Of a stretch of 64,000 bases of DNA, positions 49,571 through 62,391 are shown one piece after another. The notes under the pieces were generated by a model. That model saw only the letters and a program-made list of their open reading frames with translations. It did no database searches and had not been told where the DNA came from. The DNA is from Vicugna vicugna (lineage: Eukaryota), in assembly GCA_013265495.1 (NCBI GenBank), contig MU057947.1:1064048-1128047 (forward strand), given 5' to 3'. Positions within the stretch are counted from its first letter, which is position 1; the number at the start of each line of letters is the position of its first letter. A program made the position numbers and the translations under genes.

Positions 49571-51829
49571 ACCCTTCACTTCTGCATCTTCCCTGGATTT
49601 GTTCTGTTTCCAAACTGGGAGCTGAACCCTTCCAGGTGGAAGGTGGGATGGTGGAGGCCCTGCCCTCAGTGTGGTATGTTCTGGGCAGGGACTCAGGCGG
49701 GCTGGCTCCCAGCTTTGTCTGCCTCTGGGGCCACTACTGGGCGAGCTGCTTGGTGGTGGATGGCTTGGGTGGTGGTTCCTCCAGCCGGTCAACTGAGGGG
49801 TCCAGCCCGGCTCTGGGCTGAGGCAGCCCTAGCCTCCTTGCCCGCATCCTGGCGGCCCTTCCCTCCGAGCCCTGCCGGCGGCGCTGTGGTCCTGGCTGTT
49901 GGCTGGAGTTCTGTCTGACTAGCTTGATCCTCAGGGATAGTTCTGTAAAGCCAGGAAGGGGGACAAACGCAGAACAACGGAACAGAGCCATTTCTCCCCT
50001 CTCCCTATTCCTAAATGTGACATTAGAAAAAGTAAGAAAAGTTAAGCTACAGCCTGCCTTGGGAGGGGAGCGGCGACAGTCCTTCCTGTGCCTCCAGGGC
50101 TGGAAATGATGGATTAGCTCTGCATCAAAGCTGAGGGAGGGCCACGCAGCCCCGGCGTCTGTCAGCGGAAGGACGAGTTCTCTACACGCAAAGTGCTTCT
50201 GCCAGCAGAGCACGCCGCTCCTCCACTAGGAGGCCCTCTGGCTTTGTGAACGTGGACAGTCAAGGTTCCCGGGCCTCCGCCGGGAATGCGGTTTAAGAGC
50301 ACGCGTCTCCAGGGACCTTTCTGCGGCATTCTCTTGGACGCAGCAGACATCCACAAGCCGCAGGGTTCCAGTGCCCAGCGTGTCCTCGCCAGAGCACCCC
50401 AGCACGGAGCTCGGGACAAGGCCAAACGCGGCCATTTGCTGACGGTTTGTCTCCAAGCCCCTCCTGGTCTCTGGGGGCTGCAGGATGGCTCAGGTGTTCC
50501 GGTTTTGGCTGTTTTGGGGTCAAATACTCTCTCATTGAACATGTCTGCGATGAGAATGGGGTGAACCGTGTGTTTCAGAGAAATGTGGGCTTTCTGCTTG
50601 AAGGTTGCCCATTCCCTGCAGGACTCTGTTCTGCCCCAAACCCCACACCCCTTCAGGCTACACGAATGGAGTTCTGTTGGAGTGGAAGGTCGGACAAAAT
50701 GAGGAGGTGCCTTTCAAGGAGGCAGATCTGAGTCTCTGTCGCTCCCCACCGCATCCCCCGCCCCTGCATGTGGGGTGCAGAAGAGAAGCTTTCCTGGGCT
50801 TCCTCCTGCTGGTGCTGCAAGAAGCCGGGACTCAGCGTGAAGCCGAGAGGAGGCAGGAGGTGGGGCTGAAGAGTTCGGATGGGGAAACGGAGACTGCACC
50901 TGCCCAGACTGGAGGTGTCCGCCAGAGTGACTGTGGTGCGTGTGTCTCCCTGAGGACAGCAGGGCGCCGAGAAGAGGATGAGCAGATCCCTCCCAACTCA
51001 GCTGGCCCCTCCCAGCTCAGGGGCCCATCCCTAAATACGGAGCACGCTCCCTCTCCTGTCCTCTCCCCCGGCGGCTGTAGCCATTATGTGGGAAGGGGGG
51101 GCAGGTAAAGTAACGCAGCTGAGAGCGCCTAGGACAATGATGGTCTCGTGCAGAATGGCCGGGCTGCTCCAGGTGCATACTCTGATGCTCACTGTTCACA
51201 GCCAGGCAGCCAGGTGACACTGGTGACAGTGAGCTCCATGTGTATTGCGAACACTGCAAGTCAGAACTACCTTCTACTTAGTGTAATGCGACGTGTGGCC
51301 GCTGGGCTTCCTCCTGCCTCAGTTTCGGCCTCGTTTCTGCCCTTCGTGCACCCCCCTGCTTCTCTCCTCCGAGGCTGATCTCTGCACAGTGGGGTGTGCG
51401 AAGGAAATGTTAGATTCTAGATCTCAGGTTATTACTCAAAGTGTTCTTATGTAATGATTTAACATTAAAAATAAGGAGTTCAGTTAACTTTTACCCGCGA
51501 GGATCAAGACGGACCCCATCCTGGTCTCTGAGTCAGTGACACTCACCCCCTCTCCCAGGGTGGGGGCCCCCGAGGCAGAGTGGGCTGGGAGGGACCCCAG
51601 CTGCGGTTTGCCCCTGCAGCCTGCGGAATTTGTGCTTGTTTATAGACTTACTGCTCACTTCACCAGGGCCAAGGAGGTCGACCCCTTCAAAACGTAGGTT
51701 GTAAGAGAGTCCTGAGAAGAAAATGTGGATTGAAGACGTTACTAATCACGCAAACACAAGCTGGTGACGGGGAGACTGATGAGACTCCCGTGACCGGACA
51801 AGCTCTTCGCCAGTTACATTAACTGGTTA

Positions 51830-52236
51830 TGTGAAGGAAAAGCTCAGCTGGGCTAACAAGATAACTCACAAATCTAAGTGTAACAAGTGTCGGATTACTG
51901 ATCTGAGTTCTGCTGTGCTAACTCATAAATCTGAAGTTTAGTGTCAGTATTGGGCTAACAAGCTAACTCATAAATCCAAGCTCAACAAGTGTCAGTAGCG
52001 TGATCTGTTCCAAATTGATAAGCTCCAGTGTACTGATTTCTTGCTTTTTGTTGTTTGAGCCTTATTGGCTAATAGCCCATACTTGTAATTACCCCTATAA
52101 AACATCATGTGTACGTCTTGGAGGTGCTCAGAGCTTCGGAGCAGAAGCCCCTCTGAGCCCGCTGGCGTAATAAATCTGAGTGCTCCAACCCTCCGAGTGG
52201 TGCTTGTTTCTTGGCTGGCCTGTCATTTCCGTAACA
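51830..52236 (+). mobile_element. Solo ERV LTR, copy B (same ends as copy A)
   Basis: TGTGAAGGAAAAGC...GTAACA; TATAAAA 52096-52102; AATAAA 52169-52174; no clear TSD (gtta / tttc). Confidence 0.85.
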
Positions 52237-52759
52237 TTTCAACAGCCAGTCAAATCGAAGAGCTTCTAATTGGGTTTGGCAAGGAGAAGTTGGGCGAAAA
52301 GATTCAAAGTTATTAAGAAGGCTACATGAGAAGTGGATTTACACTCCCTATTATCTTTGGAAAATTAATTGATCTGAGAAATAGTTTCTGTAGAATAAAC
52401 TGCATGCATTTTAATGGTCAGAGGATGTGTTTTGATGGAAGTGACCCCTGTGGTCACCACCAGGTCCAGGCGCAGAAGGAGTCCGCGGCCCTGGGGAGGC
52501 CCCTGCTTTCAGCCCCGGCAGACACGCACCTGCTCCCTGCTCCTGTGGGTGAATCTCATCTAGTGGAGTCATGCATCCTGTGCTCTGTAGTGTCTGGCCG
52601 CCTCTGCTCAGCATATTAATGTCCGTTCACGTTGTGTGTGTGTAAGTAGATTAATTCCTTTTTATTGCTAAGTCATGTTCTGGTGTTTGGCATTCCTGGG
52701 ATTGTTCACCTGCTCATCTGTGGATGCACATTTAGGTTGTGTCCATTTTTTTTTAAACA

Positions 52760-53440
52760 CCTCTGTTTTTCTCTATGGCAACACTGGACTTCATTTCTGA
52801 CACCAGAAGTGTGGGTTCTTCCCACACCAGGCAGTCCCCAGATGCCAGCCGGTGTCCTGCAGGAACTCAGTACTCATCTTGCCTCCCTGGAGATGGCATG
52901 GAGTCCCGCGGGTGAAGGGCTCAGTCTGACAGACCGCCCTCTCCTCAGACCCGCCCCAGAGTCGCCACCTCTGACGTCACCTCTGCTTTGACGACCTGCT
53001 GTAGATTAGCGGTCCCCGTGAGCCCCCTCCTTGGGTCCTGTAATTTGCCAGAGCGGCTCACAGAACTCAGAAAACAGCTTACTTACTAGATTACTGGCTT
53101 GTTAAAAAGAATACATCTTGGGGACAGCCAGGTGGGAGAGACGCCGGGGGCAAGGTGTGTGGAAGGGGCGGGGCGCTTCCAAGCCCTCTCCAGCTCCACA
53201 GACCTCCCAGCATCTCCGGACCTGTTCACCAGCCGGGAAGGTCTCTGAGCCCAGTCCTTTTGGGGTTTTATGGCAGCTTCATCATGATCGACCAAATCAT
53301 TGGCCACTGGTGATTGATTAATTGAACCCTCTGCCCTCCCTGGAGGGGAGGAGGGGTGGGGCTGCAAGTGTCAAACCTCTGATCCCTTGGCTGGTTCTCC
53401 TGGAAACCAGCCCCCAGCCATCTCATTAACACACAGAAAG
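52760..53440 (-). mobile_element. MER21-type ERVL LTR
   Basis: gagcggctcacagaactcag...ggggttttatggcagcttcat...attggccactggtgatt; inverse of 39575-40110. Confidence 0.8.
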
Positions 53441-53695
53441 GCTTCCGATGCTGGTGGCTTTCTGAAAAGGGAAGTTCTGTTTCTTCATATGTTGATAAAG
53501 TTCAGTTTTCATTTCTTGTACTTCCTGGTTGTTGCTTTCTGGGTCCTATCTCAGAGAACTTTGCCTATCCCAAGGTCTCAAAGATTCTATCTTAGATTTC
53601 CTTCTAGAAGTTTTATAATTCTGGCTTTTACATTTCAGACTATATTCTTTAAATTTCTTTCACTTTTTGAGGTTTATTAAAACATGAAGACCTAG

Positions 53696-54016
53696 ACCTA
53701 GAAAACAAACTTACTATTAAGGGGGTGGGAAAGGATAAATTGGGCGTTCACGATTTGCAGATACTACTCTATTTTAAATAAACAACTTTCTACTGTACAG
53801 CACAGGGAACTGTACTCAATATCTTGTAGTAACCTATATGGGAAAAGAATATGAAAAGGAATATATGTATGTATATGTATGATGGACATATTACACTATA
53901 CATCAGAAATTGAAACAACATTGTAAACTGGAAGCATTATGCTGTACCCCAGAGACTGATTCAACCTTGTGAACTGACTATACCTAAAAAAATACACACA
54001 CACACACACACACACA
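53696..54016 (+). mobile_element. Short L1 3' tail ending in A/(CA)n
   Basis: cagcacagggaactgtactcaatatcttgtag...; flanking repeat tgaagaccta at ~53685 and ~54020. Confidence 0.75.
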
Positions 54017-54409
54017 GCGTGAAGACCTATAAGGCAGAGACACAGAAATTCTGGAATATTTCGCATATTGGCATTAACTAAAGTAATGCTTTAATATAGA
54101 GAAGAGTAATAAGATTCTTCTGTTTTCAACATAATTACAGGATTTATAAAAAGGAAAAAAAACCCCTAAGTAATGGTTTGCTGCAGGCAGCGTAGATTGG
54201 GAAAGAGACACAAATGTAAATTATTCTCTGATCATCTACCAGTTCTGTTATTGTGTTCCTGACAGTGTGCATTACCTGAGGTATTGCTGAAACTCCACCA
54301 TGTGCAACAATAATTTACAATAATAACCATACTTTCCCCGCCCTCCTTTTTTTTTTTAAGGCGAAGGCTTTTTGTTTTCCTTCCCTGTCCCTGTTCTGTT
54401 TATAGGGGA

Positions 54410-56904
54410 AGAGGTTTTTGTTTTTTAAAATTACTTTCTTTCCTTTGAGGTCATTGCAGCTTCGCATGCAATTGCAGGAAATAATGCAGAGAGATCCAGG
54501 TTGGTCCCTCGTGCCCTTTGCCCAGTGGGAACATCTTGTAAAACTGTAGAGCAATATTGCATCCAGGATATTGTTACTGATCCAGTCAAGTATGAACATT
54601 CTATCACCACAAGGACCCCACATGGTGTCCCACCACCTGCCTCCTGCCCCGTCCCTCCTTAAACCCTGGCGACCACTAATCTGTTCTCCATTTCCATCGT
54701 TTTGTCATTTGAAGGGTATTGTATAGATGGAATCATACATTGTGAAACAGTTTGGGATTGGCTTTTTTCACTGAATGTAATTCTCTGGAGATTCATGTCA
54801 TTTATAGCACAGATCAGTAGATTGCTACTTTGTATTGCTCTGTAGTGTCCCACGTATGGATGGACCACAGTTTTTTTTTAACCATTCATCCACTGAAGGA
54901 CAATCTGAGTTGTTTCCAGTGTGTCTGTTATGAATAAAGATGCACAGATAGTCACACGCAGGTTTCTCTCTGAGCAGGTCTCCATGTCTCTGGGATGGTG
55001 GCCAGGAGCTTAACTGCTGGGTCATCTGTTTAGTGTTCATGGGCATTTAGTTTTCGTGAAAACTGCTGAAACGTGTGCCAGAGTGGCTGTACCATTTTAC
55101 AGTCATCTAGTTTCTCTGAATTCCTGCCAGCCTTTGGTGTTGTGACTATTTTAAAATTTACCCGATCCAGTAGGTATGTAGTGATAACAAATTGTGGTTT
55201 TAATTTGCATCCCTCTAGTGGCTAATGATGTTGAACATCTTTTCATGTGCTTGTTTGCCATCTGTGTCTCCTCTTTGGTAAAATGTGTCTTTATGTCTTT
55301 TGCTCATTTTCTAGTTAGATTGTTTGTTTTTTTTATTGTTGAGTCTGACAGTTCTCTGTGTGGTCTAGATATATTAGTCCTTTGTCAAATACGTGGTTTG
55401 CAGATATCTTCTCCTGTTTGTAACTTGTCTTTTCATCATGTCAACGGGATCTTTTGCAGAGCAGCAGTTTTAACTTTGATGAAGTCCAGTGTATCAGTTT
55501 TTCCTTTTATGATTGTGTTTTTTGATACCAAGTCTAAGAACTCTTTGCTGAGTCCTCGATCATGAAAACTTTCTCTTATGTTTTATTTTCTAAAACTTCT
55601 GTATATTTGCCTTTAAATCTGTAATCTGTTTGCAGTTAATTTTTGTATAAGTTGCAAGATATAGATTAAAGTCCTTCTCTTCTTCTTTTTTCTTTTTTTC
55701 TTTTGCCTTTGGATGTCCAGTTCATGTTCCAGCACCATTTGTTAAAAAGGCGATCTTCCCTTCATTGAATTGTTTTTGCATATTTGTGGAAAATCCGTCT
55801 GGGCTCTTTGTTCTGTCCCATTGTCTATATGTCCTTGTGCCAATACTGCAGTCTTGATTACTGTACCTATATAGTAAGTCTTGAAATCATGTAGGCTGAT
55901 CTGCCTTAATCTACTTTTTCAAAACTGTTCCAGTTATTCTAGTTCCTTTGCCTTCCCATACGCACTTCAGAGTAGTCTTGTCTACATTTATAAAGTCTCT
56001 TGCTGGGGTTTTGATAGAAATTACATTAAACCTGTAAAGTAGTTTGAGAAGCATTGACATCCTTATTATGTTGAGTCCTCCAATCCATGAACATGGTATA
56101 TCTTTACACTTACTTAAATCTCATTTGATTTACAATGTTGTGTACTTTTCATCATATAAATAAATCCTTGTATGTGTTTTGTTAGATTTACATCTAATTT
56201 TATTGTTTTGAGAAATTATAAGTGATTTGTGTTTTTAATTTTGGTGTCCACATATTTGTTGCTAGTATATAGAGATAAGCTGAATTTTGACTGTTTATTT
56301 TGCTGAACCCACTTATTAGTTCTGAGCGGTTTCCTTTCCGTGTATTCCCTGGGAATTTCTATGTAGACGGTCATGTCATCTGCAACTAGGGATAGTTTTG
56401 TTTCTTTTTCTTTTCAATCTGTATGCATTTCATTTCCTTTTCTAATCTTGTCACACTGGCTAAAGTTTCCAGCACTATGTTTGATGAGAGTGATGAGAAC
56501 AGACATCCTTGCCTGCTCCCCATCTTAGTGGGAAAGTGTTCAGACTTTCTTCACTGGGTATAATGTTAACTGTAGGCTTTTTGTAAATACTCTTTATCAG
56601 GTTAAGGGAATCCTCCTCTATTCCTATTTATCTGAGAGCTTTTTAAAAATTATAAATGGATGTTGAATTTTTATCAGGTTCTTTCTCTGTACTGATTGAT
56701 ACGATCATGAGAATTCTCTTCCTTAGCCTGTTAACATGGTGAATTACACTGATTGATTTTCAAATATTGAACCAGCCTGCTTCCCTCAGTAAACCCCGTT
56801 TGGTCATGGTGAATAATTGTTTTTATATATACTGAATTCTTTTTGATGATATATTTTGAAGAAGTTTTGTACTCATGCATGAGGGATAGTCATCTGTGGG
56901 TTCC

Positions 56905-56937
<33 letters not shown>

Positions 56938-57930
56938 TTTTTTTGGTCTGGTTTTGGTATCAGGGATAATGTTAGCTTCATAAAATGAAGTTTGAGATTT
57001 TCCTGTTTCTTGTTATAATGAAAGATTTTCTATTGAATTGTGGACATTTTGTTTTATGCTATGAGTCTTTGTGTCTTTTTAAACTTTCCATCTTAACAGT
57101 CTTTTAACTAAGGAGCCCCGCCCTGACGGGGCGAGAGAGGGTGCTGCCTTGTTACTACCTGGTGGGTGCAGAAGTCCAGGTCCAGCGCTTGGCTCTTTTG
57201 GCATCAGAGAGGTGGAAGTTACTGTGGTGGGGGTGGCCTCATGGCTGCTGGGGGTGGTGGGAGTCCTGACTCCCCGCTGAGCCTCCTGGGACCCCACCTC
57301 AGTGGGGAGAAGAAGGGACACCTCATTACTGCTCAGTGGGGGTGGAAGCCTAGGCTCCCACACAGTTTCCACCGACTCTGCAGGAATAGGGAGATGCCTC
57401 ATTTCCAGCGATAGGAATGAAAGTTCTGGCTCTGACACCACCTCAGGGAAGCTTTTGGGTGTCTTGTCATAGCATCACTGGGGTCGATGTCCAGGATCCC
57501 CATTTGGCCTTTGCTGGTGTATGTGAGGGTGGGGTCAAAGTTTTCCCTGTGGTGTTTGATTGGAGCAGAGCTGTTATTGTCTAGATTTTTCTGTCCTGTT
57601 CGGCTGCTCCTTTCTGGGTCCTTTGCATTGAGATAGTAGGCTTTTGTGGGGGCCTTTTCGGTCTGTACCCATGGCATTTCCCATTGCCCAGCTTTGCCAG
57701 CTTCAAGTCTGGGGTGTATGAGGCCAAAAGGAAACCCAGAGAACTCCCCACCATATCATTCCTTGGGTCCCAAGACCTCTGGCTGCTCTAAATTCTTCTT
57801 TCCAACTTTCAGAGTCTCTTATACTTGTTTTATACATAACATTCAGGGCTTTTGATCAGGGTTTTACTGTACTCAGTATGAGGAATAGGGAAAAACTGTA
57901 TCTCCCCCATTCTCCTGGAAGCAGCTATTT
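54410..57930 (-). mobile_element. Old L1 (L1MC-like): 3'UTR, ORF2 remnant and 5' region
   Basis: Long homology to the reverse complement of ORF2 (gtggttttaatttgcat; ccaatccatgaacatgg; gacatccttgcct); 5'-end-like ...cccattctcctggaagcag. Confidence 0.85.
56907..56935. repeat. (TG)n microsatellite
   Basis: Direct read. Confidence 0.95.
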
Positions 57931-57944
57931 CTTAGATAATTTTT

Positions 57945-58020
57945 AAAATTTTTATTTTTTATTGACGTGCAGTTGATTTACAATGTTAAGTTTCAGGTGT
58001 ACAGCACAGTGATTCAGTTA

Positions 58021-58052
<32 letters not shown>

Positions 58053-58725
58053 CATATATTTTCAGATTCTTTTCCATTATAGTTTATTACAAGAAATTGA
58101 AAATAACTCCCTGTGTTATATAGTAGGTCATTGCTGTTTATCTATTTTATATGTAGTAGTATGTATCTGTTAATCCCAAGCTCCTAATTTATCCCTTCCT
58201 CCTTTCCCCTTTGGTAACCATAGTTTGTTTTCTATGTCTGTGAGTCTATTTCTGGTTTATAAATAAAATTTGTATTTTTTTTTTTTAGATTCCACATATA
58301 AGTGATACCATATAGTGTTTGTCTTTCTCTGTCTGACTTACTTCACTTAATATGATAATCTCTAAGTCCATCCATGTTGCTAGAAATGGCATTATTTCAT
58401 TCTTCTTTATGGCTGAACAGTATTCCATTGTACAAATATACCACACCTTCTTTATCCAGTCATCTGTCATTGGACACTACAGTGGTTGCTTCCATGTCTT
58501 GGCTATTGTAAATAGTGCTGCTATGCACATGGGGGTGCAGGTGTCTTTTCAAATTAGAGTTCCCTCCGGATATATGCCCAGGAGAGGGATTGCTGGATCA
58601 TAGAGTAAGTCTATTTTTAGTTTTTTGAGGAATCTTCATACTGTTTTCCGTAACGGCTGCGCCAAACTGCATTCCCCCCAGTGGTGTAGGAGGGCTCCCT
58701 TTTCTCCACATCCTCTCCAGCATCT
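57945..58725 (-). mobile_element. 5'-truncated L1 with complete 3' terminus
   Basis: Remnant ...WMDLEIIILSEVSQTEKDKHYMVSLICGI* at 58285-58470; full 3'UTR to tttattgacgtgcag. Confidence 0.9.
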
Positions 58726-58729
58726 TTCT

Positions 58730-59900
58730 CTACTAAGTGCATCATCTGTGCCAATTCTGGGTCAGTTTTGATTGCTTCTTTTTTTATATTTTAAAATATA
58801 TATTTTCTGGAAATTAAGAACACGAAACTTTTCAACAATTTTTGGCATGTACAAAATTATCTAGGATTTTAATTGAAAATGTCTTTTTTTTTCCCTGTTC
58901 ATGTCGTTTTTCATTATAGGCTATTGCAAGGTACTGAATACAGTTGCCTGCGCTGCACAGTGGGACCTTGTTTATCTGTTTTATATACAGTGCTTGCTAC
59001 CTGCAAATCCCGAACCTCCAATTTATCCCTCTCCACCGCCTTTCCCCCAGTAACCACAAGTGTGTTTTCTGTGTCTGTGAGTCTGTTTCTGGAGTTTTGG
59101 TTGCTTCTTTCCCCCTCATTATGAGCTGTATTTTCCTCTGTCTTTGCATGCCTGGTAATTTTTGATTGGTTGCCAGACAGTGCACGTTTTAGCTCGCAGG
59201 CGGGGGGACATTTTTGTATCCCGTAAACACCTTTGAATCTTGTTCGTGGACCCAGGTAGTTGGCTTGTAAAGAGTCTGATCTTCCGAATCTTGCTGTTAA
59301 GCTTTGTTAGTTGAGGCTGGATCTGCATTTAGTCAGGATGCCTCTTAGTAACCAGTGCCTAGCCAAAGCCGAGGCCTCTTGAATTGTAAGGTTTTCAGAT
59401 CTCGCCGCTGGACGCAGGAGCCGCGCCCGACGCTGAGTGCGCCCTGGGTACCGTTCCCTCTGATCCTTCCGTGGGGTCTGCTGCCAGGCTCAGGTACGTC
59501 CTCACACACACGCTGGCCAGGATGCAGCTGAAGACTCCACGGGGACCCTCTGCCGTAAAGTTCTCTCTTTTTCAAATTCTCGCCTCTGTAATCCTTTGCC
59601 TCGTGAACTTGAGTGTTCAGTTTTCCAGGCTTTGAACTCCATGCCCTCAGTTCAGGGAGACCGCCTTGCTCTGACTGGGTTTCTTTTCCCTTTTCTGAGA
59701 CCTGGGAACTGCCTCCAGGAGGTGAGCCGGGCGGTCACAGGGCTTACCTCGTCTGCGTCTTGTCTCTGTGGGTCACTTTTCTCTGTTTGATGTCTGGTGT
59801 CTTGTGTGCCACTGTTTCATGTATTCTGTTTTTCTGAGGTTGTCTCAGGCAGGTGAGTAAATCCGGCCTCTGTTAGTCCGTCTTGACTTGAAGCACGGTC
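58730..59900 (-). mobile_element. Old L1 5'-region remnant with nested insert 58782-59092
   Basis: ctttgcatgcctggtaatttttgattggttgccagaca...gtaaatccggcctctgttagtccgtcttgacttgaagc is a typical L1M 5' end. Confidence 0.7.
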
Positions 59901-62391
59901 TTCTCTTAAGGAGTTCTGCGTCTACGTGTCATGGGTGACACCCATCCATCCATTTTCCCTTTTTTCTAGTATCTTTGTTTGGCTTTGGTATCAAAGTGGT
60001 GCTCATTTCACAAAATGGTTTGCGAAGTGGTCTCCTTTTCTATTTTCTCAAACTTTTTTTTTTTGGCAAGATTTGTGTTACTTTCCTCTACGTGTTTGAC
60101 AGCACTCATGAATGGAGGCATCTGGGGGGGGACAAGCCAAAGTTCGTTCTTTGTTGGCAAAGACTGTTGGAAGGTACGCAGAAGACACTGATTAAATATG
60201 TAAAGAAAGAGGAATTGGAACGAATGTAACCGTGTAGTTCAGGGGGCCTTGGCGTTGTTAGGTACTGGTTATTAAGAGGCATCTTGACTAAATGCAGATC
60301 TCATCCCAGATAACAAAGCTTAGTAGCAAGATTCAAAAGATCAAAATGACTCGTTTTGTGGGGGGTGTGCTGTGCAGGTGCATACACCTGGAGGATTCTT
60401 CTAGCTTGACACCATGTTTGCTGCAATTTGTTTTATTTTGGTGATGCATTCTCCTGAGTCACTTTTAGAAAGATGTTCAGGAGAAGGTATTCAGTCAGCA
60501 GCTTTTTAACAAAACTGTGTTTTCGGGAAATCAGTGTAAGTATAGCCACAGATGAAGGGGAAGGTTGGAGGAGAAATAAGCAGCAAAGGGTCTGTCCATC
60601 TCGGCATCGCTCCAAGGGAAGGCAGTGCAGCTCGAGAGCTGAGGCTAGAAGTGTACAAGGTGCCAGAGAAAATCAACTTTACGATTAATTTTATGCAGGT
60701 AAGAAGTTTGGAAAATATTAGTAACTTTCTAATACTTTGTAATGAAATGGGATTATGGAAATATTTTGTGATTAAAAGATTTGTCAAAGGTAAACGTAAT
60801 TTTCATTTTACAAAAGTGTACATTTTATTTTTATTATTTATTTTTATCATTATTCAAATGTGTTGAGTAACAGTATGCTCACACCATGACAGACACTTGA
60901 ATGGGAAAATGACAGAATTCTCCCGTTTTCAAATGATTTCGTTTTCAGCAGTATGTTTAGGTAATGTAACGATAATGAAGATTTTCCAAGCAGTGGCATC
61001 CACTCAAACACAGAAGACATGTGTGGGGAAAAGCCTCGGATTATTTGTTCTTAACATTTCCCAAATCTAAGATTACAGAAAATCTAAGCCTTTCTCTTCA
61101 AAGGTCTTCAGAGCTTTTTTTCCTGGTCTCACCATCAGTTTGTCTCATTTCCATTTTTTTTTGATTGTTAAATATAACAAAACACGCCTCAGTTGCCAAG
61201 AGGAGGAAACACCGAGGAAGTCAGTTAATTTAGGCTGTAAGTGACGGCAAAATAATTCTGGCTCTGTTGTGCTGTGCACACCTCCGTTTGTGGCTTTACG
61301 TCTCAGCAAAAGTCTGTATTTTAAATCTTCTGGCCTTTCCTGTGATGATGAGTGGGTCCCAGGGCCCCCACCTAGGATGTGTTTCTGAAAAAATACGTAC
61401 ATTTAATCTGAACCTTCACAGTGAAACTGCTGTCTAACCAGCAAGTGAGAAAGTACTTTTTGAAAAGAACTTGTGTAACGGAGGAGGCATCGAGATGCCA
61501 AAAGCTGATGTTTGCAGATGTTTTTCGGTCTTGTGGCTGACAGCTATAACATGCCTTTCTCTTATGTCTGTAGCTGCACATTTTGAATGTTTGGAAGTGG
61601 AATTTTCTGCCATAATGCAATTTTCCAAATGAAGATTCTGAGATGTTGTGAACACATTTGTGAAAAGCACAGAATGACACACGGAGCCTTCAGCTTGTGA
61701 GAGTAACTGGGTGATGTTAGGGAGCAGAAGTTCGTCCGTTCCTTCTGCTCAGAGTTGTTGGGTTGGGAGCCCCTACGTGGATGCTGGGAGGGGCCGGTTT
61801 GGCACAGGGCCCTGGTTTGGGGGTCTTGCTGGCCTGTTTGTTTGATGCACGTCAGGTCCCGTCCATCCGCTCAGTCCAGGTAAACGGTTCTTCAGTGGTT
61901 ACTCTGCAAGCACCTGGCCTGGGGGCCGGAGACACACGGGGAGGAGAATGTGGTCCTTCCCCGCAGGGAGTCACAGAGGAGGAAGACATCTGTGCAGGTG
62001 GTGGGATGCGGGCTCTGCAGAGGTGGTCGGGCTGCTGGGTGAGCAGAGGGGCTTCTCCTTCAGGAGGTGACCCTGGGGCCTGAGTGACAGGCCAGGTGTG
62101 CTGGGGGGAGCTGGGAGGCCTCAGATCAGGACACAGGGGTTGGGGTGGTGATGAGGCCGAGGAAGCCCCGGGGGAGGGCAGGGCCCACGGAGGCTTGTTT
62201 GCTGCACATGGGGTGCTTCCTTCTGGGCTGAGGCCAGGGGTGTGTGAAGCTGCATAAACGTGCCCCTGTTCTGGAAGGCCCGTTGCGCGTGGGTCACTGC
62301 TGTAGGCTGAGAGCAGCCGCGGGGCAGAGAGGGACAGGACGGGCTGAGACGTTCAGCAGGTGGATATAGTTGTGAGCCTTCAAAGATGTCA

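Noticed and set aside
14962..52236. The two same-orientation LTRs as ends of one giant provirus
   Set aside because: Copy A has its own TSD on both sides, there is no PBS/gag/pol/env between them, and their U3 middles differ.
39575..53440. Inverted MER21 copies as terminal repeats of one element
   Set aside because: Abundant, diverged family; independent insertions are the simpler explanation.
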